Source: Eledone cirrhosa
Lineage: Eukaryota
Direction of reading: 5' to 3'
DNA length: 64,000 nucleotides
Assembly: GCA_964016885.1 (NCBI GenBank)
Contig: OZ024741.1
Location: 414,222,001-414,286,000 of the forward strand
Shown here: in pieces, positions 1 through 15,000 of the stretch
Layout of the letters: each line of letters begins with the position of its first letter
How positions within the stretch are numbered: the first letter of the stretch is position 1
Notes under the pieces: model-generated
Database searches by the model: none
Seen by the model: only the letters and a program-made list of their open reading frames with translations
Told to the model about the DNA's origin: nothing
Translations under genes and position numbers: made by a program

Positions 1-3000
1 GAGGAGAGATGTTATAAGATAGAGGAATGACCCTTTAAAGACATGTGGAGGTGTTATAAGATAGAGGGATGACCCTTTAAAGACAGGTGGAGACGTTATA
101 AGATAGAGGGATGACTCTTTAAAGACATGTGGAGATGTTATAAGATAGAGGGATAACCCTTTAAAGACATGTGGAGATCTTATAAGATAGGATGACCCTT
201 TAAAGACATGTAGAAGTGTTATAAGATAGAGGGATGACCCTTCATAGACATGTGGAGATGTTATAAGATAGAGGGATAACCCTTTAAAACCATGTGGAGA
301 TGTTATAAGATACAGGGATGACCCTTTAAAGACATGTGGAGAGATGTTATAAGATAGAGGGATAACCCTTTAAAGACATGTGGAGAGATGTTATAAGATA
401 GAGGAATGACCCTTAAAGACATGTGGAGATATGTTATAAGATAGAGGGATCACCCTTTAAAGACATGTAGAGATGTTATAAGATAAAGGGATGACCCTTT
501 AAAGACATGTAGAGGTGTTATAAGATAGAGGGATGACCCTTTACAGACAGGTGAAGCGTTATAAGATAGAGGGATGACTCTTTAAAGACATGTGGAGATG
601 TTATAAGATAGAGGGATAACCCTTGAAAGACATGTGGAGATCTTATAAGAAAGAGGTATAACCCTTTAAAGATGTGGAGAGATGTTATAAGATAGAGGGA
701 TGACCTTTTAAAGACATGTGGAGATGTTATAAGAGAGGGATAACCCTTTAAAGACATGTGGATATGTTATAAGGTAGAGGGATAACCCTTTGAAGACATG
801 TGGTGATGTTATATGATAGAGGGATAACCCTTTAAAGACATGTGGAGATGTTATAAGATAGAGGGATAACCCTTTAAAGACATGTGGAGATCTTATAAGA
901 TAGAGGGATGACCCTTAAAAGACATGTAGAGATGTTATAAGATAGAAGGATGACCCTTTAAAGACATGTATCAGTGTTATAAGATAGAGGGATGACCCTT
1001 CATAGACATGTGGAGATGTTATAAGATAGAGGGATGACCCTTTAACGACATGTAGAGATGTTATGAGATAGAGGGATGACCCTTTAAAGACATGTGGAGA
1101 TGTTATAACATAGAGGGATAACGCTTTAAAGACATGTCGAGATGTTAAAAGATAGAGGGATGACCCTTTAAAGACATGTGGAGTTGTTATAAGATGGAGG
1201 GATTACCCTTTAAAGACATGTGGAGATGTTATAAGATGGAGGGATCAACCTTTAAAGACATGTGGAGATGTTATGAGATAGAGTGATAACCCTTTAAAAC
1301 CATGTGGAGATGTTATAAGATACAGGGATGACCCTTTAAAGACATGTGGAGATGTTATAAGATAGAGGGATAACCCTTTAAAAACATGAGGAGAGATGTT
1401 ATAAGATAGAGGAATGACCCTTTAAAGACATGTGGAGGTATTATAAGATAGAGGGATGACCCTTTAAAGACAGGTGGAGACGTTATAAGATAGAGGGATG
1501 ACTCTTTAAAGACATGTGGAGATGTTATAAGATAGAAGGATAACCCTTTAAAGACATGTGGAGATATGTTATAAGATAGAGGGATGACCCTTTAAGGACA
1601 TGTGGATATGTTATAAGGTAGAGGGATAACCCTTTAAAGACATGTGGAGATGTTATAAGATAGAGGGATAACCCTTTAAAGACATGTGGTGATGTTATAA
1701 GGAAGAGGTATAACCCTTTAAAGATGTGGAGAGATGTAATAAGATAGAAGGATGACCTTTTAAAGACATGTGGAGATGTTATAAGAGAGGGATAACCCTT
1801 TAAGGACATTTGGATATGTCATAAGGTAGAGGAATAATCCTTTAAAGTCATGTGGAGATGTTATAAGATAGAGGGATAACCCTTTGAAGACATGTGGAGA
1901 TGTTATATGATAGAGGGATAACCCTTTAAAGACATGTGGAGAGATGTTATTAGAGGAATGACCCTTTAAAGACATGTGGAGATATGCTATAAGATAGAGG
2001 GATGACCCTTTAAAGACATGTGGAGATGTTATAAGATAGAGGGATGACCCTTTAAAGACATGTGGAGATGTTATAAGATAAAGGGATAACCCTTTAAAGA
2101 CATGTAGAGATGTTATAAGATAGAAGGATGACCCTTTAAAGACACGTAGAGATGTTATAAGATAGACGGATCAACCTTTAAAGACATGTGGAGATGTTAT
2201 AAGATAGAGTGATAACCCTTGAAAACCATGTGGAGATGTTATAAGATACAGGGATGACCCTTTAAAGACATGTGGAGATGTTATAAGATAGAGGGATAAC
2301 CCTTTAAAAACATGAGGAGAGATGTTATAAGATAGAGGAATGACCCTTTAAAACAGGTGGAGACGTTATAAGATAGAGGGATGACTCTTTAAAGACATGT
2401 GGAGATGTTAGAAGATAGAGGGATAACCCTTTAAAACCATGTGGAGATGTTATAAGATACAGGGATGACCCTTTAAAGACATGTGGAGAGATGTTATAAG
2501 ATAGAGGAATGACCCTTTAAAGACATGTGGAGATATGTTATAAGATAGAGGGATGACCCTTTAAAGACATGTGGAGATGTTATATGATAGAAGGATAACC
2601 CTTTAAAGACATGTAGCAGTGTTATAAGATAGAGGGATGACCCTTCATAGACTTGTGGAGATGTTATAAGATAGAGGGATAACCCTTTAAAACCATGTCG
2701 AGATGTTATAAGATACAGGGATGACCCTTTAAAGACATGTGGAGAGATGTTATAAGATAGAGGGATAACCCTCTAAAGACATGTGGAGGGATGTTATAAG
2801 ATAGAGGACTGACCCTTTAAAGACATGTGGAGATATGTTATAAGATAGAGGGATGACCCTTTAAAGACATGTAGAGATGTTATAAGATAGAGGGATGACC
2901 CTTTAAAGATATGTAGAGATGTTATAAGATAGCGGGATGACCTTTTAAAGACATGTGGAGATGTTATAAGAGAGGGATAACCCTTTAAGGACATGTGGAT

Positions 3001-6000
3001 ATGTTATAAAGTAGAGGGATAATCCTTTAAAGTCATGTGGAGATGTTATAAGATAGAGGGATAACCCTTTGAAGACATGTGGTGATGTTATATGATAGAG
3101 GGATAACCCTTTAAAGACATGTGGAGATGTTATAAGATAGAGGGATAACGCTTTAAAGACATGTGGAGATCTAAGATAGAGGGATGACCCTTTAAAAACA
3201 TGTAGAGATGTTATAAGATAGAAGGATGACCCTTTAAAGACATGTAGCAGTGTTATAAGATAGAGGGATGACCCTTTAAAGACATGTAGAGATGTTATAA
3301 TATAGAAGGATGACCCTTTAAAAACATGAGGAGAGATGTTATAAGACAGAGGGATAACCCTTTAAAACCATGTGGAGATGTTATAAGATACAGGGATGAC
3401 CCTTTAAAGACATGTGGATATGTTATAAGATAGAGGGATAACCCTTTAAAAACATGAGGAGAGATGTTATAAGATAGAGGAATGACCCTTTAAAGACATG
3501 TGGAGGTGTTATAAGATAGAGGGATGACCCTTTAAAGACAGGTGGAGACGTTATAAGATAGAGGGATGACTCTTTAAAGACATGTGGAGATGTTATAAGA
3601 TAGAGGGATAACCGTTTAAAGACATATGGACATCTTATAAGATAGAAGGTTGACCCTTTAAAGACATGTAGAAGTGTTATAAGATACAGGGATGACCCTT
3701 CATAGACATGTGGAGATGTTATAAGATAGAGGGATAACCCTTTAAAACCATGTGGAGATGTTATAAGATACAGGGATGACCCTTTAAAGACATGTGGAGA
3801 GATGTTATAAGATAGAGGGATGACCCTTTAAAGACATGTGGATATGTTATAAGTTAGAGGGATAACCCTTTAAAGACATGTGGAGATGTTATAAGAAAGA
3901 GGTATAACCCTTTAAAGATGTGGAGAGATGTTATAAGATAGAGGGATGACCCTTTGAAGACATGTGGAGAGATGTTATAAGATAGAGGAATGACCTTTTA
4001 AAGACATGTGGAGATGTTATAAGAGAGGGATAACCCTTTAAAGACATTTGGATATGTTATAAGGTAGAGGGATAATCCTTTAAAGTCATGTGGAGATGTT
4101 ATAAGATAGAGGGATAACCCTTTGAAGACATGTGGAGATGTTATATGATAGAGGGATAACCCTTTAAAGACATGTGGAGATTTTATAAGATAGAGGGATG
4201 ACCCTTTGAAGACATGTGGAGAGATGTTATAAGATAGAAGGATGACCATTTAAAGACATGTAGCAGTGTTATAAGATAGAGGGATGACCCTTCATAGACA
4301 TGTGGAGGTGTTATAAGATAGAGGGATAACCCTTTAAAACCATGTGGAGATGTTATAAGATACAGGGATGACCCTTTAAAGACATGTGGAGAGATGTTAT
4401 TAGAGGAATGACCCTTTAAAGACATGTGAAGATATGCTATAAGATAGAAGGATGACCCTTTAAAGACATGTGGAGATGTTATAAGATAGAGGGATGACCC
4501 TTTAAAGACATGTGGAGATGTTATAAGATAAAGGGATAACCCTTTAAAGACATGTGGTGATATTATAAGATAGAGGGATGACCCTTTAAAGACATGTGGA
4601 GATGTTATAAGATAGAGTGATAACCCTTTAAAGACATGTGGAGACGTTATAAGATAGAGGGATGACTCTTTAAAGACATGTGGAGATGTTATAAGATAGA
4701 GGGATAACCCTTTAAAGACATGTGGAGATCTTATAAGATAGAAGGATGACCCTTTAAAGACATGTAGAAGTGTTATAAGATAGAGGGATGACCCTTCATA
4801 GACATGTGGAGATGTTATAAGATAGAGGGATAACCCTTTAAAACCATGTGGAGATCTTATAAGATACAAGGATGACCCTTTAAAGACATATGGAGAGATG
4901 TTATAAGATAGAGGGATAACCCTTTAAAGACATGTGGAGATATGCTATAAGATAGAGGGATGACCCTTTAAAGACATGTGGAGATGTTATAAGATAGAGG
5001 GATGACCCTTTAAAGACATGTGGAGATGTTATAAGATAGAGGGATAACCCTTTAAAGACATGTGGAGATGTTATAAGATACAGGGATGACCCTTTAAAGA
5101 CATGTGGAGAGATGTTATAAGATAGAGGTATAACCCTTTAAAGACATGTGGAGAGATGTTATTAGAGGAATGACCCTTTAAAGACATGTGGAGATATGCT
5201 ATAAGATAGAGGGATGACCCTTTAAAGACATGTGGAGATGTTATAATATAGAGGGATGACCCTTTAAAGTCATGTGGAGATGTTATAAGATAGAGGGATA
5301 ACCCTTTAAAGACATGTGGAGATGTTATAATATAGAGGGATAACCCTTTAAAAACATGTGAGATGTTATAAGATAGAGGGATAGCCTTTTAAAGACATGT
5401 GGAGATGTTATAAGATAGAAGGACGACTCTTTAAAGACATGTGGAGATGTTATAAGATAGAGGGATAACCCTTTAAAGACATGTGGAGAGATGTTATAAG
5501 ATAGAGCGATAACCCTTTAAAGACATGTGGAGAGATGTTATAAGATAGAGGAATGAGCCTTTAAAGACACGTAGAGATGTTATAAGATAGACGGATCAAC
5601 CTTTAAAGACATGTGGAGATGTTATAAGATACAGGGATAACCCTTTAAAAACATGAGGAGAGATGTTATAAGATAGAGGAATGACCCTTTAAAACAGGTG
5701 GAGACGTTATAAGATAGAGGGATGACTCTTTAAAGACATGTGGAGATGCTATAAGATAGAGGGATAACCCTTTAAAACCATGTGGAGATGTTATAAGATA
5801 CAGGGATGACCCTTTAAAGACATGTGGAGAGATGTTATAAGATAGAGGAATGACCCTTTAAAGACATGTGGAGATATGTTATAAGATAGAGGGATGATCC
5901 TTTAAAGACATGTGGAGATGTTATATGATAGAAGGATAACCCTTTAAAGACATGTAGCAGTGTTATAAGATAGAGGGATGACCCTTCATAGACATGTGGA

Positions 6001-9000
6001 GATGTTATAAGATAGAGGGATAACACTTTAAAACCATGTCGAGATGTTATAAGATACAGGGATGACCCTTTAAAGACATGTGGAGAGATGTTATAAGATA
6101 GAGGGATAACCCTTTAAAGACATGTGGAGGGATGTTATAAGATAGAGGACTGACCCTTTAAAGACATGTGGAGATATGTTATAAGATTGAGGGATGACCC
6201 TTTAAAGACATGTAGAGATGTTATAAGATAGAGGGATGACCCTTTAAAGATATGTAGAGATCTTATAAGATAGCGGGATGACCTTTTAAAGACATGTGGA
6301 GATGTTATAAGAGAGGGATAACCCTTTAAGGACATGTGGATATGTTATAAAGTAGAGGGATAATCCTTTAAAGTCATGTGGAGATGTTATAAGATAGAGG
6401 GATAACCCTTTGAAGACATGTGGTGATGTTATATGATAGAGGGATAACGCTTTAAAGACATGTGGAGATCTAAGATAGAGGGATGACCCTTTAAAGACAT
6501 GTAGCACTGTTATAAGATAGAGGGATGACCCTTTAAAGACATGTAGAGATGTTATAATATAGAAGGATGACCCTTTAAAAACATGAGGAGAGATGTTATA
6601 AGATAGAGGAATAATCCTTTAAAGACATGTGGAGGTGTTATAAGATAGAGGGATGACCCTTTAAAGACAGGTGGAGACGTCATAAGACAGAGGGATAACC
6701 CTTTAAAGACATGTGGAGTTGTTATAAGATAGAGGGATAACCCTTTAAAACCATGTGGAGATGTTATAAGATACAGGGATGACCCTTTAAAGACATGTGG
6801 ATATGTTATAAGATAGAGGGATAACCCTTTAAAAACATGAGGAGAGATGTTATAAGATAGAGGAATGACCCTTTAAAGACATGTGGAGGTGTTATAAGAT
6901 AGAGGGATGACCCTTTAAAGACATGTGGAGATGTTATAAGAAAGAGGTATAACCCTTTAAAGATGTGGAGAGATGTTATAAGATAGAGGGATGACCCTTT
7001 GAAGACATGTGGAGAGATGTTATAAGATAGAGGGATGACCCTTTAAAGACATGTGGAGATATGTTATAAGATAGAGGGATGACCCTTTAAGGACATGTGG
7101 ATATGTTATAAGTTAGAGGGATAACCCTTTAAAGACATGTGGAGATGTTATAAGAAAGAGGTATAACCCTTTAAAGATGTGGAGAGATGTTATAAGATAG
7201 AGGGATGACCCTTTGAAGACATGTGGAGAGATGTTATAAGATAGAGGGATGACCCTTTAAAGACATGTGGAGATATGTTATAAGATAGAGGGATGACCCT
7301 TTAAGGACATGTGGATATGTTATAAGTTAGAGGGATAACCCTTTAAAGACATGTGGAGATGTTATAAGAAAGAGGTATAACCCTTTAAAGATGTGGAGAG
7401 ATGTTATAAGATAGAGGGATGACCCTTTGAAGACATGTGGAGAGATGTTATAAGATAGAGGAATGACCTTTTAAAGACATGTGGAGATGTTATAAGAGAG
7501 GGATAACCCTTTAAGGACATTTGGATATGTTATAAGGTAGAGGGATAATCCTTTAAAGTCATGTGGAGATGTTATAAGATAGAGGGATAACCCTTTGAAA
7601 ACATGTGGAGATGTTATATGATAGAGGGATAACCCTTTAAAGACATGTGGAGATTTTATAAGATAGAGGGATGACCCTTTAAAGACATGTAGAGATGTTA
7701 TAAGATAGAAGGATGACCATTTAAAGACATGTAGCAGTGTTATAAGATAGAGGGATGACCCTTCATAGACATGTGGAGATGTTATAAGATAGAGGGATAA
7801 CCCTTTAAAACCATGTGGAGATGTTATAAGATACAGGGATGACCCTTTAAAGACATGTGGAGAGATGTTATTAGAGGAATGACCCTTTAAAGACATGTGG
7901 AGATATGCTATAAGATAGAAGGATGACCCTTTAAAGACATGTGGAGATGTTATAAGATAGAGGGATGACCCTTTAAAGACATGTGGAGATATTATAAGAT
8001 AGAGGGATGACCCTTTAAAGACATGTGGAGATGTTATAAGATAGAGTGATAACCCTTTAAAGACATGTGGAGACGTTATAAGATAGAGGGATGACTCTTT
8101 AAAGACATGTGGAGATGTTATAAGATAGAAGGATGACCCTTTAAAGACATGTAGAAGTGTTATAAGATAGAGGGATGACCCTTCATAGACATGTGGAGAT
8201 GTTATAAGATAGAGGGATAACCCTTTAAAACCATGTGGAGATCTTATAAGATACAAGGATGACCCTTTAAAGACATGTGGAGAGATGTTATAAGATACAG
8301 GGATAACCCTTTAAAGACATGTGGAGATATGCTATAAGATAGAGGGATGACCCTTTAAAGACATGTGGAGATGTTATAAGATAGAGGGATGACCCTTTAA
8401 AGACATGTGGAGATGTTATAAGATAGAGGGATAACCCTTTAAAGACATGTGGAGATGTTATAAGATACAGGGATGACCCTTTAAAGACATGTGGAGAGAT
8501 GTTATAAGATAGAGGGATAACCCTTTAAAGACATGTGGAGAGATGTTATTAGAGGAATGACCCTTTAAAGACATGTGGAGATATGCTATAAGATAGAGGG
8601 ATGACCCTTTAAAGACATGTGGAGATGTTATAATATAGAGGGATGACCCTTTAAAGTCATGTGGAGATGTTATAAGATAGAGGGATAACCCTTTAAAGAC
8701 ATGTGGAGATGTTATAAGATAGAGGGATAACCCTTTAAAAACATGAGGAGAGATGTTATAAGATAGAGGAATGACCCTTTAAAACAGGTGGAGACGTTAT
8801 AAGATAGAGGGATGACTCTTTAAAGACATGTGGAGATGTTATAAGAGAGAGGGATAACCCTTTAAAACCATGTGGAGATGTTATAAGATACAGGGATGAC
8901 CCTTTAAAGACATGTGGAGAGATGTTATAAGATAGAGGAATGACCCTTTAAAGACATGTGGAGATATGTTATAAGATAGAGGGATGAACCTTTAAAGACA

Positions 9001-12000
9001 TGTGGAGATGTTATATGATAGAAGGATAACCCTTTAAAGACATGTAGCAGTGTTATAAGATAGAGGGATGACCCTTCATAGACATGTGGAGATGTTATAA
9101 GATAGAGGGATAACCCTTTAAAACCATGTCGAGATGTTATAAGATACAGGGATGACCCTTTAAAGACATGTGGAGATATGTTATAAGATAGAGGGATAAC
9201 CCTTTAAAGACATGTGGAGGGATGTTATAAGATAGAGGACTGACCCTTTAAAGACATGTGGAGATATGTTATAAGATAGAGGGATGACCCTTTAAAGACA
9301 TGTAGAGATGTTATAAGATAGAGGGATGACCCTTTAAAGATATGTAGAGATGTTATAAGATAGCGGGATGACCTTTTAAAGACATGTGGAGATGTTATAA
9401 GAGAGGGATAACCCTTTAAGGACATGTGGATATGTTATAAAGTAGAGGGATAATCCTTTAAAGTCATGTGAAGATGTTATAAGATAGAGGGATAACCCTT
9501 TGAAGACATGTGGTGATGTTATATGATAGAGTGATAACCCTTTAAAGACATGTGGAGATGTTATAAGATAGAGGGATAACGCTTTAAAGACATGTGGAGA
9601 TCTAAGATAGAGGGATGACCCTTTAAAAACATGTAGAGATGTTATAAGATAGAAGGATGACCCTTTAAAGACATGTAGCAGTGTTATAAGATAGAGGGAT
9701 GACCCTTTAAAGACATGTAGAGATGTTATAATATAGAAGGATGACCCTTTAAAAACATGAGGAGAGATGTTATAAGATAGAGGAATAATCCTTTAAAGAC
9801 ATGTGGAGGTGTTATAAGATACAGGGATGACCCTTCATAGACATGTGGAGATGTTATAAGATAGAGGGATAACCCTTTAAAACCATGTGGAGATGTTATA
9901 AGATACAGGGATGACCCTTTAAAGACATGTGGAGAGATGTTATAAGATAGAGGGATGACCCTTTAAAGACATGTGGATATGTTATAAGTTAGAGGGATAA
10001 CCCTTTAAAGACATGTGGAGATGTTATAAGAAAGAGGTATAACCCTTTAAAGATGTGGAGAGATGTTATAAGATAGAGGGATGACCCTTTGAAGACATGT
10101 GGAGAGATGTTATAAGATAGAGGAATGACCTTTTAAAGACATGTGGAGATGTTATAAGAGAGGGATAACCCTTTAAGGACATTTGGATATGTTATAAGGT
10201 AGAGGGATAATCCTTTAAAGTCATGTGGAGATGTTATAAGATAGAGGGATAACCCTTTGAAAACATGTGGAGATGTTATATGATAGAGGGATAACCCTTT
10301 AAAGACATGTGGAGATTTTATAAGATAGAGGGATGACCCTTTAAAGACATGTAGAGATGTTATAAGATAGAAGGATGACCATTTAAAGACATGTAGCAGT
10401 GTTATAAGATAGAGGGATGACCCTTCATAGACATGTGGAGATGTTATAAGATAGAGGGATAACCCTTTAAAACCATGTGGAGATGTTATAAGATACAGGG
10501 ATGACCCTTTAAAGACATGTGGAGAGATGTTATTAGAGGAATGACCCTTTAAAGACATGTGGAGATATGCTATAAGATAGAAGGATGACCCTTTAAAGAC
10601 ATGTGGAGATGTTATAAGATAGAGGGATGACCCTTTAAAGACATGTGGAGATGTTATAAGATAAAGGGATAACCCTTTAAAGACATGTGGAGATATTATA
10701 AGATAGAGGGATGACCCTTTAAAGACATGTGGAGATGTTATAAGATAGAGTGATAACCCTTTAAAGACATGTGGAGACGTTATAAGATAGAGGGATGACT
10801 CTTTAAAGACATGTGGAGATGTTATAAGATAGAGGGATAACCCTTTAAAGACATGTGGAGATCTTATAAGATAGAAGGATGACCCTTTAAAGACATGTAG
10901 AAGTGTTATAAGATAGAGGGATGACCCTTCATAGACATGTGGAGATGTTATAAGATAGAGGGATAACCCTTTAAAACCATGTGGAGATCTTATAAGATAC
11001 AGGGATGACCCTTTAAAGACATGTGGAGAGATGTTATAAGATAGAGGGATAACCCTTTAAAGACATGTGGAGATATGCTATAAGATAGAGGGATGACCCT
11101 TTAAAGACATGTGGAGATGTTATAAGATAGAGGGATGACCCTTTAAAGACATGTGGAGATGTTATAAGAGAGAGGGATAACCCTTTAAAGACATGTGGAG
11201 ATGTTATAAGATACAGGGATGACCCTTTAAAGACATGTGGAGAGATGTTATAAGATAGAGTGATAACCCTTTAAAGACATGTGGAGAGATGTTATTAGAG
11301 GAATGACCCTTTAAAGACATGTGGAGATATGCTATAAGATAGAGGGATGACCCTTTAAAGACGTGTGGAGATGTTATAATATAGAGGGATGACCCTTTAA
11401 AGTCATGTGGAGATGTTATAAGATAGAGGGATAACCCTTTAAAGACATGTGGAGATGTTATAATATAGAGGGATAACCCTTTAAAAACATGTGAGATGTT
11501 ATAAGATAGAGGGATAGCCTTTTAAAGACATGTGGAGATGTTATAAGATAGAAGGACGACTCTTTAAAGACACGTGGAGATGTTATAAGATAGAGGGATA
11601 ACCCTTTAAAGACATGTGGAGAGATGTTATAAGATAGAGGAATGACCTGTTAAAGACACGTGGAGAGATGTTATAAGATAGAGGGATAACCCTTTAAAGA
11701 CATGTGGTGATGTTATAAGGAAGAGGTATAACCCTTTAAAGATGTGGAGAGATGTAATAAGATAGAGGGATGACCTTTTAAAGACATGTGGAGATGTTAT
11801 AAGAGAGGGATAACCCTTTAAGGACATTTGGATATGTCATAAGGTAGAGGGATAATCCTTTAAAGACATGTGGAGAGATGTTATAAGAATGAGGAATGAC
11901 CCTTTAAAGACATGTGGAGAGATGTTATTAGAGGAATGACCCTTTAAAGACATGTGGAGATATGCTATAAGATAGAGGGATGACCCTTTAAAGACATGTG

Positions 12001-15000
12001 GAGATGTTATAAGATAGAGGGATGACCCTTTAAAGACATGTGGAGATGTTATAAGATAAAGGGATAACCCTTTAAAGACATGTAGAGATGTTATAAGATA
12101 GAAGGATGACCCTTTTAAGACACGTAGAGATGTTATAAGATAGACGGATCAACCTTTAAAGACATGTGGAGATGTTATAAGATAGGGTGATAACCCTTGA
12201 AAACCATGTGTAGATGTTATAAGATACAGGGATGACCCTTTAAAGACATGTGGAGATGTTATAAGATAGAGGGATAACCCTTTAAAAACATGAGGAGAGA
12301 TGTTATAAGATAGAGGAATGACCCTTTAAAACAGGTGGAGACGTTATAAGATAGAGGGATGACTCTTTAAAGACATGTGGAGATGTTATAAGAGAGAGGG
12401 ATAACCCTTTAAAACCATGTGGAGATGTTATAAGATACAGGGATGACCCTTTAAAGACATGTGGAGAGATGTTATAAGATAGAGGAATGACCCTTTAAAG
12501 ACATGTGGAGATATGTTATAAGATAGAGGGATGAACCTTTAAAGACATGTGGAGATGTTATATGATAGAAGGATAACCCTTTAAAGACATGTAGCAGTGT
12601 TATAAGATAGAGGGATGACCCTTCATAGACATGTGGAGATGTTATAAGATAGAGGGATAACCCTTTAAAACCATGTCGAGATGTTATAAGATACAGGGAT
12701 GACCCTTTAAAGACATGTGGAGAGATGTTATAAGATAGAGGGATAACCCTTTAAAGACATGTGGAGGGATGTTATAAGATAGAGGACTGACCCTTTAAAG
12801 ACATGTGGAGATATGTTATAAGATAGAGGGATGACCCTTTAAAGACATGTAGAGATGTTATAAGATAGAGGGATGACCCTTTAAAGATATGTAGAGATGT
12901 TATAAGATAGCGGGATGACCTTTTAAAGACATGTGGAGATGTTATAAGAGAGGGATAACCCTTTAAGGACATGTGGATATGTTATAAAGTAGAGGGATAA
13001 TCCTTTAAAGTCATGTGAAGATGTTATAAGATAGAGGGATAACCCTTTGAAGACATGTGGTGATGTTATATGATAGAGTGATAACCCTTTAAAGACATGT
13101 GGAGATGTTATAAGATAGAGGGATAACGCTTTAAAGACATGTGGAGATCTAAGATAGAGGGATGACCCTTTAAAAACATGTAGAGATGTTATAAGATAGA
13201 AGGATGACCCTTTAAAGACATGTAGCAGTGTTATAAGATAGAGGGATGACCCTTTAAAGACATGTAGAGATGTTATAATATAGAAGGATGACCCTTTAAA
13301 AACATGAGGAGAGATGTTATAAGATAGAGGAATAATCCTTTAAAGACATGTGGAGGTGTTATAAGATACAGGGATGACCCTTCATAGACATGTGGAGATG
13401 TTATAAGATAGAGGGATAACCCTTTAAAACCATGTGGAGATGTTATAAGATACAGGGATGACCCTTTAAAGACATGTGGAGAGATGTTATAAGATAGAGG
13501 GATGACCCTTTAAAGACATGTGGATATGTTATAAGTTAGAGGGATAACCCTTTAAAGACACGTGGAGATGTTATAAGAAAGAGGTATAACCCTTTAAAGA
13601 TGTGGAGAGATGTTATAAGATAGAGGGATGACCCTTTGAAGACATGTGGAGAGATGTTATAAGATAGAGGAATGACCTTTTAAAGACATGTGGAGATGTT
13701 ATAAGAGAGGGATAACCCTTTAAGGACATTTGGATATGTTATAAGGTAGAGGGATAATCCTTTAAAGTCATGTGGAGATGTTATAAGATAGAGGGATAAC
13801 CCTTTGAAAACATGTGGAGATGTTATATGATAGAGGGATAACCCTTTAAAGACATGTGGAGATTTTATAAGATAGAGGGATGACCCTTTAAAGACATGTA
13901 GAGATGTTATAAGATAGAAGGATGACCATTTAAAGACATGTAGCAGTGTTATAAGATAGAGGGATGACCCTTCATAGACATGTGGAGATGTTATAAGATA
14001 GAGGGATAACCCTTTAAAACCATGTGGAGATGTTATAAGATACAGGGATGACCCTTTAAAGACATGTGGAGAGATGTTATTAGAGGAATGACCCTTTAAA
14101 GACATGTGGAGATATGCTATAAGATAGAAGGATGACCCTTTAAAGACATGTGGAGATGTTATAAGATAGAGGGATGACCCTTTAAAGACATGTGGAGATG
14201 TTATAAGATAAAGGGATAACCCTTTAAAGACATGTGGAGATATTATAAGATAGAGGGATGACCCTTTAAAGACATGTGGAGATGTTATAAGATAGAGTGA
14301 TAACCCTTTAAAGACATGTGGAGACGTTATAAGATAGAGGGATGACTCTTTAAAGACATGTGGAGATGTTATAAGATAGAGGGATAACCCTTTAAAGACA
14401 TGTGGAGATCTTATAAGATAGAAGGATGACCCTTTAAAGACATGTAGAAGTGTTATAAGATAGAGGGATGACCCTTCATAGACATGTGGAGATGTTATAA
14501 GATAGAGGGATAACCCTTTAAAACCATGTGGAGATCTTATAAGATACAGGGATGACCCTTTAAAGACATGTGGAGAGATGTTATAAGATAGAGGGATAAC
14601 CCTTTAAAGACATGTGGAGATATGCTATAAGATAGAGGGATGACCCTTTAAAGACATGTGGAGATGTTATAAGATAGAGGGATGACCCTTTAAAGACATG
14701 TGGAGATGTTATAAGAGAGAGGGATAACCCTTTAAAGACATGTGGAGATGTTATAAGATACAGGGATGACCCTTTAAAGACATGTGGAGAGATGTTATAA
14801 GATAGAGGGATAACCCTTTAAAGACATGTGGAGAGATGTTATTAGAGGAATGACCCTTTAAAGACATGTGGAGATATGCTATAAGATAGAGGGATGACCC
14901 TTTAAAGACGTGTGGAGATGTTATAATATAGAGGGATGACCCTTTAAAGTCATGTGGAGATGTTATAAGATAGAGGGATAACCCTTTAAAGACATGTGGA